Source of the DNA: Dicyema japonicum
Taxonomy: Eukaryota; Animalia; Dicyemida
Length of the DNA stretch: 64,000 bases
Assembly (NCBI GenBank): GCA_011109175.1
Contig: RDEW01000016.1
Span: 1,051,653-1,115,652, forward strand
Direction: 5' to 3'
This document shows, piece by piece, positions 13,481 through 25,689 of this stretch; the stretch's first letter is position 1, and every line of letters begins with the position of its first letter. A model generated the notes under the pieces. It made no database searches and was not told where the DNA came from. It worked only from the letters and a program-made list of their open reading frames with translations. Made by a program: the position numbers and the translations under genes.

Positions 13481-14259
13481 AGGCTCACCTCGATACATTC
13501 AGAAGCGAGAAGGAACGAACTCGGGCATTCAAAAAACACAATAATGAAAATATCATCAATTCTGGGCCTCTCGGATTAGGAGTCAATAAATTGCCGAAAT
13601 ATTAATATTTCACTTAATTTTAACACTTAATTTAAATTAATGGAAATTTGTTCTGTTTTGAGACATTGACGTACATTGTACGAATTAAAACAGTTGTAGG
13701 ATCAGCATATATGATAATAAAAGATTTTCCACCACAGTACATAATCAACTGCAAATGAACCAGCATGAGTTAATATCAGTACTCTCATTATGTCGCCATA
13801 GAGAATTCGTACTCGTATAACCCGGGTAACCGGGGTCTCCTTGTTACATAATCCTTAACCGATGAATTTTTGATTTGTCTATGTGGGAACAAATTCATTC
13901 ACTTAAAATGAATTATTATCAAGGATCAGCCTCAACGATGGTCAACTCTCAAAAAGGAAAAAATACGAGACTTTGAAAGCAGTCCATATCCATAATTCCA
14001 ACTCACTAACCTTCTTGGGCGTCATCGAATCGTTGATAACAAAAAAAGAAAAAACAGCCGAGAAAAGGGGTGGGTGATTGTATTTCCACATAAATCCTAA
14101 GAGGAAATACGCTAATAAATTATTACAATGTTGAAAAGAAAATATTTATTAACAAAAATATACGACAGTGCGAGTTCCTAGGCGATCACAGAGTTAACAA
14201 CTTACACACACCATAACTATTTAACATCGTGGTGATAAAGCTACTTAAGCCCAAAAGCT

Positions 14260-14590
14260 CCCCGACGGGATAACTATCTTCCCTTTCTCTCGTGGGAAAT
14301 GCTTGATTTGGGATGGAGCTTGCACAAACACTTTTTGCCAGCCAAAACTTTCAGACTCCGCGGCTGCACGGGTATTTGTGAATTCCAAAATAAGAAAATA
14401 CGAACCCGTTGTTGTTGAGACGAGTGGAGTCTTTGTCCCCAAGATGGTCTCTTGATCGCATGGATCTATAATATTAAAAGTGAGCAATGAGCGTCGGAAA
14501 ACCGAGTGGCTGTTCCAAAGGATTTCTCTGGCAGTTGTCAGGGAAAATACCCACTCAATTCTTTCTGCTGGGATATTTCGATTGTTTATT
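14260..14590 (+). mobile_element. CRE-like non-LTR 3' fragment (REL region)
   Basis: LIWDGACT...PVVVETSGVF...TEWLFQRISLAVVR, closely matching 61362-61706. Confidence 0.85.
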
Positions 14591-15149
14591 TACGTAATAA
14601 TTTTCTTATAAAAAAAATTACTACCATGAAAATTAATTGTCATAATAAATCAGTACAACAGCCATTCGTACGATTATTTACTACCAATTAAACACAAGGT
14701 TGAGTAGGTGGCATGGTTCTATTACACTAAATGTCTAATTGCCTCCTTCTTTTCACGAACATGTGCAAAATGACAGAATCGGGAAATGTCACATACAAAA
14801 TTATCACAAACTAAAAAAGGCAATGGTACATTTGTATCATATTCGAATGTTTTCCATCTCAAACAGTCAGTAATTCGATAGTTTTATTAATAAAGTCATG
14901 CATTAATGTGGATCTGATTAGTTGACCAATTAGTAGTTAATCGGTCGGTAGGATTAGGTGGTGATGCATCTTTCTCTCACGGAATATCTGCAGAGTAAAA
15001 CCTCTCAACTTCCTGACTCTTCTCTTGCATATACAAACCGACTGAAAGAGATATTGTATAATCTTTTCACTCTATCAAAACAAATCCAATAGAACCACAA
15101 AGGGTGCATTGTGAACAATTAAGAGTCCCCAACCGGTTTATGTCCAAAG

Positions 15150-15700
15150 AACTATTTAATGACCCTATTACATTTAACGGCGTTCTGGTCTGAATACGTG
15201 AATGAAAAATACATTAAAAATTGAGTTTACTCTCTTGAATAACTACGACATCCACATCATTCTTAGAAAGGAGTGCCCCTAGCTCCATGATTTTAGATTT
15301 GATTCCGTTGACGTTAGATAAGACGGACCTGGGTTCTCATGGATATCTCCGGAGTGTAGTCGTTGTACTTCCGTAGAAAAGTACCCACCAGTTGTCTGAG
15401 ATTGCTCTTAAACACAAATGAACTAAATGATCGAACTACTAGTGCCCTCAGTTTGGCACAGTGCTTCTTCTTTAAATCCACACAAGCCAGTACTGGCCAA
15501 GAAACTGTTCGACCCAGCTTTGTTTAGTTGTGAACATTTCTTGACTGAAATCCACTGTCATTTTGTATGCCCTTTTCTGGGTGGCCGCGATCTTAATGGA
15601 ATTAGTTCAAGAGATGAAGAGGTCCCACTAAGCACATGTGTTTGCAAGCCTAATTCTACGTCTATAATACGATAATACTCCACAATGCCAATATAACAAT
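15150..15700 (-). mobile_element. Ingi/Vingi-like LINE 5' fragment (2A-like motif and start of APE endonuclease)
   Basis: SGDIHENPGP at 15324-15353 followed by NVNGIKSKIMELGALLSKNDVDVVVIQESKL (APE N-terminus). Confidence 0.75.
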
Positions 15701-15809
15701 TGTAATCATTTTGTAAAAATTATCAAATCACTCTTTAGTCTTTGTTTTCTCCTGAGGTGTCTCTTTTTCATGACAAACCCTCATTTATCCAAAAAAAATT
15801 ATTATTTTT

Positions 15810-16050
15810 TTATTTATTAACCCCGGATACACCAAGAAAGAAGTTAAAGTAAACAACTAATTAAGTGTATCCAGTTTCCACTTCTACGAAAACAGAGTTT
15901 ATCCGGAATCAACATAAAGGGTAAAAGACGTCCATACTTGCAGTTGTGGAAACCCTCCAGTGGAGTGGGGGAGAGCAAATGATCCTTTTTCGTGCCGGCC
16001 TGGCACTGGGCGCCACCTAGACAGGTGGATCACATGACGCTACTCTAATA
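15810..16050 (-). repeat. Non-autonomous structured repeat (SINE-like, RTE-5'-like head)
   Basis: Two perfect 8-bp stems (15825-32 with 15865-72; 15874-81 with 15946-53); homologous to 37360-37540 and to the SINE middle; minus-strand end ...tatccggggttaataaataaa. Confidence 0.65.
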
Positions 16051-16599
16051 GGAAGAAAAAGGAGGAACAGAAAAACAGACGAACAAAACTGAAACTTCAA
16101 CCAATTAGCCACGAAGCACCACATGGGCCAAATGAAAAAAAGATGCCTTTCGGATTGTGAAGGTTTTCAGATTGTGAAGGAAATAAATATACTAATTTCA
16201 TTGTAATTAATTTATTTTTTAATATATAATAATAATCTCTCCATTTTCAGCAATATCCTTGTCGACATTATTCGTTCTCGTCAAGCGTTTTTGTTTGAGT
16301 TATTTTATCTTCATTAGCAAGTTCTTCCAGTTCTTTTTTGTACTCATACAAAACAGGATCTTGCATGAAATCTTCATTAGCAAATTAATCAAGACATTTA
16401 ATTGCCCATATCATTTTGAAACAATTTTTATTGTGTCTTTTTTACTTCATGCGTGAGATTTCATAATTATGGCCTTCCTTAAATTCACAAAATTTCTTAA
16501 AATTTTAATTTTCAAAAAATTTCGTTAAAAAGTGGCTTGGATCAGTAAAAAGACCAATTTAAACACAAAGAAAATCAATTGTAATTAATTAACACTATG

Positions 16600-19201
16600 C
16601 AAGCTGACTTCTCCTTTTTGGGCATTGGCCTTTTGTATCACTAACACTGTTCCCCTCGTATACCACTTAAGAAAGCAAATCACTAGACAAGACAGCTGTT
16701 TCTCTTGGTTCTTCTTCTACGTCATCTTCTAGTTCAGAGCCTTTTGAAATAAAATGATTAGTCACTCTTGTAACCTCATCATCATAGTTACCAAGTTTCA
16801 GCCCATGTCTATGCTCGATTATCATGGTCTCTAAAGTTTTTTTAATCGTCATTGATTGTATGTACGCCCTTGTAGAGACATCCACGTTGAGTCTTTCCAT
16901 ATAGGACTTGTGGTACTTTGTTACTACTCCATTCCATGTCAAAACAATCGGAATTATTGTCACATTGGCCTTGTGAATTTGTGCTAGTTCTCCTGCCAGA
17001 AGGTCTTATTTGTGGAGTTTTTCCACTTAAACATGTTTTAGCAAATTTTGGGAAGTGATCCCTACTTGTATTTGTAGTGTTGTATCGACTTTTATTTCAA
17101 CTTTACTGTTTTACACAATCGATTGGACTGTATGTGTCTTTATCCTCTTGGCTTTTTTATTCCAAATTGACGACATAGTTGTATACATCTTACAACTTCG
17201 ATATGTCGCCGCATATACGCACCATCCTGGTACATCGTTGGTCAGACTACAATGACTGCAATTTGCTTTCATCTCTTCAAAGAACAGATTCCGATCCTGT
17301 ATCATGCAGTACATTGCTTCCGACCTTGGACTATTGTTTCCCCCAGTAAGCCATTCTGTTATCGACATTCGTATTTTCAAAACACTTAATTGAATGAAGC
17401 AATTTTTGATTAGTCCTCCAAATAATTCTTTCGATATTCTTTTATATTGTCAGTGTTAGATAGGTCATCCTTATTGTATTTGAGCGCAATAAATCTTGTG
17501 ATAGTAGTCATATGTGTTTTCCTTTAATTTAGGACCCGCAAGATTCCTGCCCTTCGAAGACACATGGAAGATTTCCTCTCGATAACTATGAAGAGAATCA
17601 ACTTTCTTGACAAAAAATCCATATACTCCATCACAACCTGAGGTCTTTCAATTCGGCGTATTGTGAATAATGTTCTTAACGAATTCAACTGTCATATCTA
17701 ACGGCAACTCCTCTGCTCCTGTTATTCGCCTCCCAAAAATATTTCTGTGAGAATAATTCTGATCCTTTTCATACATCTTTCCAAAATGACACGCACTCAT
17801 CTTCGGTAACTTTACAATCACTATTATTGACGTCATTGTTGAGCCTTCGATAAAACCTCCTCTTGTTCAGCTCAAAATAAAAATTATCTCGTCTAAAGGA
17901 TTTTCTTGATTCATGAATTGAGATTTTTTTCTCCATGATTTTGATTTTGTCATCAATTAGGGTAGAGATCCATTTCAGTTCTCCCATCTTTGATTTCTTG
18001 TATTCAAACGAGCACAAAACATAAGGCGTTCTCTTCTTCCCTTGACTGCTTCCCTGTAAACTCATAGACTAAGGCACAATTTTCTTTGAAATTGGCAATT
18101 CTCTTCTCCACGTTTTCCATCCAACAGCTTTAACTGATTGCTTCTTTGTCAAATTTTCATATACGCATTGTGCAGCATAAATTATGTAAGTTATCTCATT
18201 CATGTCCGTTGGCGGAGATGATGACACATAATTTAATATCACTGCATTTAATGTAGTGAGAACATTCTTTTTAAGCAACTTAAATGGAATCTGGGTTTCC
18301 TTCCATCTCGGGGAACTGATTAAACTCTCTCAATTTGAAAATAAAACTCTTCTTTGCATCTTCCATACATGGAAATTTCTGTTTTTGGTGAGTTGTTATC
18401 TGAGCCTTCTGATCCGATTATTTACATTCAATAGTTTTCTAACGCCGAGTATACTGGAGAAACGAGCATTGAATTGCTGGACGATGAGACTACATCCACC
18501 CGAGGGATTCTCCCGAATCTCCTTTTAGCAGAGTTGACAACCATTGAGATCCACTTGATCCTGTCACTAATCGAATCTCAGTGATTACTGCTTTAAGGTA
18601 CAGCAGATGAGCAGGAACATTTCCCACAAGAGATTGTATGCTAGTGTCATCTGATGACACGTAGGAAGGGAAGCGACTTATGTCTTATGAGCCGCAATGT
18701 TTCTGCTGCTACGGTTTTGAGACAAATTGGCCTCTCAAAGTGGAGTATTTCCTTTCCTCAAGAGGTTTCAGCTCTCGTTGAAGCTGATCCTACATGGGTA
18801 GCTGTCAGCGTGAGGTCGGAAATAATGAAGCCATCAAAGCGAGTTATGTCACAGGCCTTTTTTTCAAGAAAATCGTCCTGTCAGGTATTTTTTACCTTTT
18901 AAGTTAAAAGAATCTTCCTGTCAGGCTTATTGTTTGTGATGTCAAGTCCGGGGACTCCAGCTGCACAAAATATCTGCTGGTTTCGAGTCTTTCCGCAATT
19001 ATTGAATTCAAAAGTCTTTGTTCAGTACTTTTATAAACGCTAAGTTGGCAAGAGATGCGTAAAATACTTTCCGCATTCTCATCGTTGGCTCATGCAAATA
19101 TTAAGCCCTAGATGGGGGAAGGTTCTCTTATTCGTGTAAGTCATCCAAGAATGTACCTCTGAATCAAGCACCACTCTCACTATATTCGAAAGTTATATAT
19201 G
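16600..19201 (-). mobile_element. Decayed R4/Dong-like element with the RT region deleted
   Basis: HESRKSFRRDNFYFELNKRRFYRRL, GNNSPRSEAMYCMIQDRNLF and IIPIVLTWNGVVTKYHK; stops and frameshifts; 5' leader shared with 22337-22680; ends at the N at 19202. Confidence 0.85.
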
Positions 19202-19252
19202 NAAAAAAAAAAGCCCACTTTATTTTAACAAACAATAAAAAAGTTAATATAT

Positions 19253-22200
19253 TTAATAATCAACAACCTTCCTCGCCTGCCTGTTCGCCAGCCTCCTCAG
19301 GCAGGTTCGATTCTGGTTGCTGAAACAACTCCGAGAGCGCGCTTTGTCTAATTGAACCCTCTGCCCATATGGCATCTCAGGGCTCTGCCTCCTATACTCC
19401 AGTGTCAGGCTCTCTAGGGTCCGCTTTAACACAGTGGACTGTAGATAGGCCTGGAGCTTCCTATCTACCCCCAACTGCTTCAGATAACCCTTGTGGTACT
19501 TTGTTGCAATTCCTTCCCACGTCATTACTATAGGAATAACGAGGACCTTGCAACCAAGCATCTGCCCCATCTCGTTTGCAAGAAAGTCATACTTCCTTTT
19601 TTTCTCCACCTCCACAGTCTGCAAACGGTCTTGAGACGTGATGCCAACCTCTATGATAAGGACTTGGCCAGACTCCTTATCGTGTACCACAATGTCCGGT
19701 TTATTGTGCTTGACTAGCACCGAGGTACGGATAACACTGTCTACCTTAATTTGGACCCTGGTGTTCTCTACTACAGATTGCACCTTATGAGTCCGCAACT
19801 TTCTGGTGTGGCGAATACCATACTTATTGCATAGTAGAAGATGAAGACTCCTTACTACCTCGTTGTGCCTCCACACATAGTCGTGGCAGAGCATGGATCC
19901 ACATCGAGTGGCTAAATGATCAACCGACATGCTCCTTGACTTACAGTGGGGACATGTATTTGTTGATCGACCCCAAAAAATATTGCGGTCTTGCATATAC
20001 GTGTACAACGCCTCCGATCGAGGTGAGTTGTCACCGTATTTTAGCCATATTGTCGACGACTTAAGGTCGACATGTGGGTTGTCCAATGCTCTGAAGAGGA
20101 CCTTATGAAGGCTTTTTAAGTTGATCTTTTCCATCAAATTATTATATTGTAATTCGATCAACGCCTTCACATTTACTAGCCCACCATCATCAACACCATA
20201 CTTAGCAGACAAAAAAGGTCTGATAGTGCCTAGGTGGGTTGCCCGTGTTTTCTCGGTCGTTATTATGGCGTGCTTCCTAGCAGACACACTTGACCCAGCT
20301 ATCAGGGTGTCGTGCATTCGCATTAGGATACGCTCACTTAGTTGGACTACTCCACACAGTCCACGGCCGAATTTATCACGGGGTAAATATAGTCTCTCCT
20401 TATTGGCTGCCAACACATGGACATGGTTCTCTCTGAGTACTCCACGGATCATAACATCCATCTCATCATACTCTTTGGGCTCAAACCCACAACACCCTAT
20501 GTATTAGTTTAGCAGCGAGACAGCATACTCATTTAATGCTAGGGACAAATTCCTTGCATTTAGAGACGTCTTACACAATAACGCTGCCTTTACGGATCCT
20601 TTCAGTATTTGTCGCTTTGTCTCAGGCATTATAAGGGACTTTGGAGATTCGGTAACACCCAGATACTTATATCCTTCGTGTTCCTCTAGGACTCTTACTA
20701 ACTCGCTACATACTTGCGTGTTAGTCGCAGACTTTGAATAATTCAAATCTAGTCCTATACTCTCAAAGAATTCCCTGGCACAGACCCCCATGGAGTAGAG
20801 CTCCTCGGCTGTTCGAGCATACATTTTCAGGTCATCGATAAAAAGAAGGTGATTTGTACTGAAACAACCCCTTCACAATGAACTGGTATTTGCTCAAACC
20901 GGTCATTGAGGCGGCGACTCAATGGCTCCAAACAGAGAACAAAGAGCAGCGGAGACATGCTATCCCCCTGAAGGATCCCCCTCTTGAGTTTTACCTCGCC
21001 TATCCGGTGCCTATTATAGTTCAGATGAATACTCCACCTATTCATCACAGCCACTACAAAGCTGATGAACCACACAGGCATACACAGACTGTGTAGGCAC
21101 TCGACAAGGTAAGAATGATCAACTGAATCGTAAGCCTTCTTCACATCCACCCACATAGACAAAAGTGAGTTTCCGTGAGACACAGAAAGGCATTTGTTGA
21201 TCAAAGCCTGCTCTTTTGCCCCCTGACAATTTCGCACAGTACCCAACTGATTCTCGGAGAGAATCCCATTTGCTTCTACAAAGCTCCTGACCTCATTAGC
21301 CACCAATTTGGTCATCAGTTTATACAGGGTTGGCATGCAGGTTATCGGTCGATAATCTGCAGCAGACTGAGGGTTGTCCAGCTTTGGGATCAAATAAGTT
21401 GTCCCTGTGCAGGCCCAATCAGGAATCGTTTCCGGGTTAGTGATGCTTTTCTGTAATACACGACACATAGACTCGTGCAATGAAGTGCATCTTTTGATAA
21501 AGAAATTATAAACTTTATCGACCCCAGTCGTTTTCCAATCAGGGATATGTCTCACTATCGCCTCAAATTTCTTGCGAAAATCGAAAATTCCGCAAGATTC
21601 CACCAAGAAAGAAGCGGCGCTGTACGGGACATTTCCTCTGCGTGGTTTAGCCTCCCACATACTACCCCATGTGGAAAGCATTTCCGCGTCATGCTGGGAA
21701 CATACACTATGGCCATTTTCGTGTAGGCGACGGTAAAACAATCTGCGATTAAACTCAAACAGATTATTTTCTCTCCTTCTCTTACACCGACTTTCATGTG
21801 TATAGAGTTTCCTCTTATACACCATTATTGCCCCCTCTAACTCCACCTTTGCTTTCCTCAACTCTTTGAGGTCCCATTTGGGAACACGGAGTTTACTAAT
21901 TAGCCCCTTTATTATAGGCGGTGCTTTTCTTCTAACCCCTCTCGCCACACTACTTATGTGCCCCTCCAGTGCTTCCAGCTCAGTCTGTCTCCAAGCAATC
22001 TTGGCACAGATCTGCTCCCTCCATTTACTGGGTGGTCTGGGCTTGTCCGTCAATTCCTCATAGGTGATCTGTGCTGCACACAGCACTAGGGAGATGTCAC
22101 CCAGTGACCCTACTGGCTTAGCCTCCACCGCATAAGCCACAGCCTTATTGATACAGGTTAACACTACCGTTAACCTTACAATGAGACATCTTGCGGGTAA

Positions 22201-22680
22201 ATCTACGGTCCTCAAGTGGGAGATCTGCCGCTGCAGCGAGATTCCGCGCAAAGACCTCATAAACATGCTTGAGCGGCAGCGTATCACAGCTCTGGTGCTC
22301 GTGCTCTCTTTGTCAGTTGTGAAACAGTTGTGATCAGCTGGTCCTACATGGGTAGCTGTCAGCGTGAGGTTGGAAATTATGAAGCCATCAAAACGAGTTA
22401 TGTCACAGGCCTTCTTTTCAAGAAAATCGTCCTGTCAGGTATTTCTTAAAATATCTGCTGGTTTCGAGTCTTTCCGCAATTATTAAATTCAACAGTCTTT
22501 GTTTAGTACTTTTATAAACGCTAGGTTGGCAAGAGATGCGTAAAGTACTTTCCGCATTCTCATCGTTGGCTCATGCAAATATTAAGCCCTAGATGGGGAA
22601 GGTTCTTATTCGTGTAAGTCATCCAAGAATGTACCTCTGAATCAAGCACCACTCTCACTATATTCGAAAGTTATATATGT
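19253..22680 (-). mobile_element. Near-complete R4/Dong-like non-LTR retrotransposon (single ORF: RT, CCHC, REL)
   Basis: RT motifs YRPITCMPTLYK, WVDVKKAYDSV, RGILQGDSMSP, NHLLFIDDLK; CPHC..DHLATRC knuckle, RHN, KPDIVV..LIIEV..KKRKY REL. One frameshift near 20830 and one in-frame TAA at about 20504. Confidence 0.95.
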
Positions 22681-22918
22681 CTACTGATGTTGATTTAATT
22701 TAGATTTGATCCCCCCAACGGCATTGGCAAAAATAGATTGTCCCAGTCGTGTTGTTTGGTTTTTTTGGGTCCTGTGGTTTAGGTATATCCAAATTTTTCA
22801 AAAAAAAGTTTACTAGTGGCTCGCACTGAGAATAATGCAAGTTAGGCAGCAGTGATAAAAAGGACAAGAAAAAACCGTAATAAAACAGAATTCATTGAAA
22901 GGAAAGAGTAAATAACAA

Positions 22919-24666
22919 TCAATCAGCGTCCGGATTAGCACACTGCGTTGTATCATCAGCTTTCTTCTTAGAAGCAGACAAAATGTTATCGACTCTGAGA
23001 ATATGGATCACATTCTAAATCAAATAACAGAGACCACCTCAAATGAAGAACAAATAATCTGATTAACAACAGAAAAAGAATCCTTTATGTTCATCTCCTT
23101 GGGATCTGCGCACTTGCCAGTCATTCCATCAATCCCCCGGGCGATACTTTTCTCAGTAGAATGCATCTCCCTCAAAGATCCCACAGTTTTGAAGGGATTA
23201 GCACCAGCATTTTGAGCCAGAGTCAGTGGAATGACTTCAAACGACCTGGCAATGGCAATGTAGAGATCAACGTGATGGGCAGCTATCGAAGCACGTGCTG
23301 CTTGGACAAGACGCTAGAGTAACAAGCAACACTCACAATTGATAGTGATTGATAAACAGATCCCGCGCCGTACACAAAACGAGGATCCTTCAGGGCGTTG
23401 AGTGCCGCATGGAAGGCGTCGTCGAAGGATCGTTCATACTCGTTTATAATATCCTTGCTGGGACCCCGAAGAAGGACTGTACAAGCCTTTGGATCTCGGC
23501 AGTCCTCAATATACGTGAAATACCTAAAATGATAACAAAGTTACTCATCTCCAATTTTCCTCACTTCAAACAGTCCACACCGAGTGCCCACGTGTTCCTC
23601 GCATAAGAGCTCAGGCTGTGAGACAACTGTGGCCCCCACAGCTCTTGCCGCCCTCATAAGGTCTGATTTCCTCACTCTCCTAAGTACTGAGATGTTGGCC
23701 CTCGAGAGACAGTGCTGGGCCACGTCTGAAACACCCTTTTCCACCAAGACCAGATCAGGCTTGACTTCCATAACGTACCTACACTGTTGAGCCACCCATT
23801 CCTCCTCGTCCTTCAAAACTTGTCTACAAATAAGCATATGTAACTACAGCAGATGATCTTCTGAAGTGAGTTCCATGGCTGTCTGACTCTCTCCCTTGTT
23901 GTACTCAAGTGAACAGTCGAGAAGTACAATTCGAGGATTTTTGACCATCCTTCTCATATTCGATGGATGGGTCACATCCTTGTTGAGGACAACACCATTG
24001 ATTATCCTGGAGTCACTTAAAAGTCCCCCTGGGATCTTTTCTATCCTCACATATTTCTTTTCCTCGGCAATCTTAACAGAATCAAGGGCGAATTTGCAGA
24101 GGAGGCTAAAATGATGACTTCAACCAACCCTTCCACCTGTGGCTTAGTAGCCAAGGAACTGGCGATGATATCGATCACCTCAGAGTCGTTTTTGGGGTCA
24201 AATGACTCACTCAGAAGCTCCAAATTTTTGACGGCGTCTTCGAGAACTTTCCTCAGTACCCAGCACACGCGAGTTGGTTGAACTCCTTCCTTGATGAAGT
24301 TCTCCACAGCTGAAAATACAGCAGCAGCTGAAGTAGAAAGGTAATATTACTCAAGAGGACGACTGAGGTGGTCCCGTCCCCAACTTCTTCATGCTGGGCG
24401 CGTGCCAGCTCCACTACTGACTTTCCGGAAGCATTGGTCACATTGATTTCACGAAGAACGCAATTTCCGTCATTGGTGAGAACGATTCCGCCATTCGGGT
24501 CCAATAGCATTTTTAGCATAGCACGTGGTCCCAAACAGGTCCTAATTACCTCTCCGATAAGTTTTCCACCCTGGATGTTCTTAAGCACAACATTTTGACC
24601 GCTTTCACGCTTTTTGGGATCTATTTGGTTACTAAGAATATCCTCACCCACAATAACAAAGGACAT
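22919..24666 (-). CDS. CCT3: T-complex protein 1 subunit gamma (chaperonin CCT3); multi-exon
   Basis: RTCLGPRAMLKMLLDPNGGIVLTNDGN, EEVGDGTTSV, VLNKDVTHP..RIVLLDCSLEYNKGESQT, EKGVSD, C-terminal ILRVDNILS; stop at 22919-22921; 23-nt intron at 24328-24350. Confidence 0.97.
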
Positions 24667-24755
24667 GCACGAGTATTCAAGTAACTAATAGTATTATAAT
24701 TAATATTTGAATTTTTATTATTTTCATCGTTTTTATTGAAAAATTATTTAAATGA

Positions 24756-25112
24756 ATGGAGAATAGAATGTTCGACCTGTAAAAATGGTTTCGGTTTCTT
24801 TAGTTTCTTCGTTTCTCCTATGAACCAGGTAACCTACTTGTGGAAAGGGCTACTTCCGATTGGTTTTGAAGAATAACATCACAGTTTAGTTCCTCTCAGA
24901 AATTCGAGGCGAGACTTCCGGATGGCACTGGGATTGCTGGTAGATCACTTGAGGAGATTCGGATGTTACTAGAAGAGTTGATATGCTCAATTCTCGAGGA
25001 GGAAAGGGTAAATCTCCAGGCGGAACAACCGCATTCGATGATAGAGCATCGGTCTGATAATAAACCTGCTTATGTAGGTAACAGCTGGGACAGGGGATTT
25101 TTTATACAATAG
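24756..25112 (+). CDS. Possible small spliced gene of unknown function, head-to-head with CCT3
   Basis: GC-richer than flanks; a stop-free frame (FSSSQKFEARLPDGTG...) can be joined to ATG 24756 through three short GT-AG introns of 25, 19 and 22 nt; no recognised domain. Confidence 0.3.
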
Positions 25113-25299
25113 TCTAAAAAACATTCTTCTTTAAAGACCCCTGGTTAGGAGTTTCTCAGAGTGTCCATTAAATATAATTAATGGGCCGAAAGTGACGCCG
25201 AGGACTTTCTGGTGTCTTTTAAATTTTTTGAAAAAGAAAATAAGTAAAGTCTTATAGTTAAGAGAGTAGGATTGTGAAGACGTTCCCTTTTATCATCGC

Positions 25300-25510
25300 A
25301 ATTTTAAGTTCTGCGAATACGCGCACGCTCCGTCAGCAAGATAAGATAGTGTAGACCTCGACATACTCTCCACAATGGCATCTGAGTTGCTGGTATACGT
25401 CCAATCTGAGTCGCAGTACCACTCCGATTCTTAGACAATTCTCGTCAAGGAGTGTTCCGAGAGACGAGCATGGTAGAGCTTCAAGCCAGGCCCCATTTCT
25501 GCGATGGGTG
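25300..25510 (-). pseudogene. CRE-like fragment
   Basis: GAWLEALPCSSLGTLLDENCLRIGVVLRL...RCHCG matches GAWINALPIGNVGTHLDDETVRTGVSIRL...ECRCG at about 61900-62040. Confidence 0.75.
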
Positions 25511-25689
25511 GCCGAAATGACAAATAAAAGCCGGTGTTAGTTAGTTCTTGTCTTTGTACTTTCTAACGTCCTTAAATATTGGATTGGAATATTGCAAAGG
25601 AATAACTCAGGTTCACTATTAAAACTCATATATGTAGTATTTTGATGCTGACAGATAACAAATTTGCGACTAACCAGTCATACCCCCGT

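Noticed and set aside
20121-23790. Numerous 60-130-aa plus-strand ORFs
   Set aside because: Antisense shadows of the GC-richer R4-like and CCT3 coding regions.
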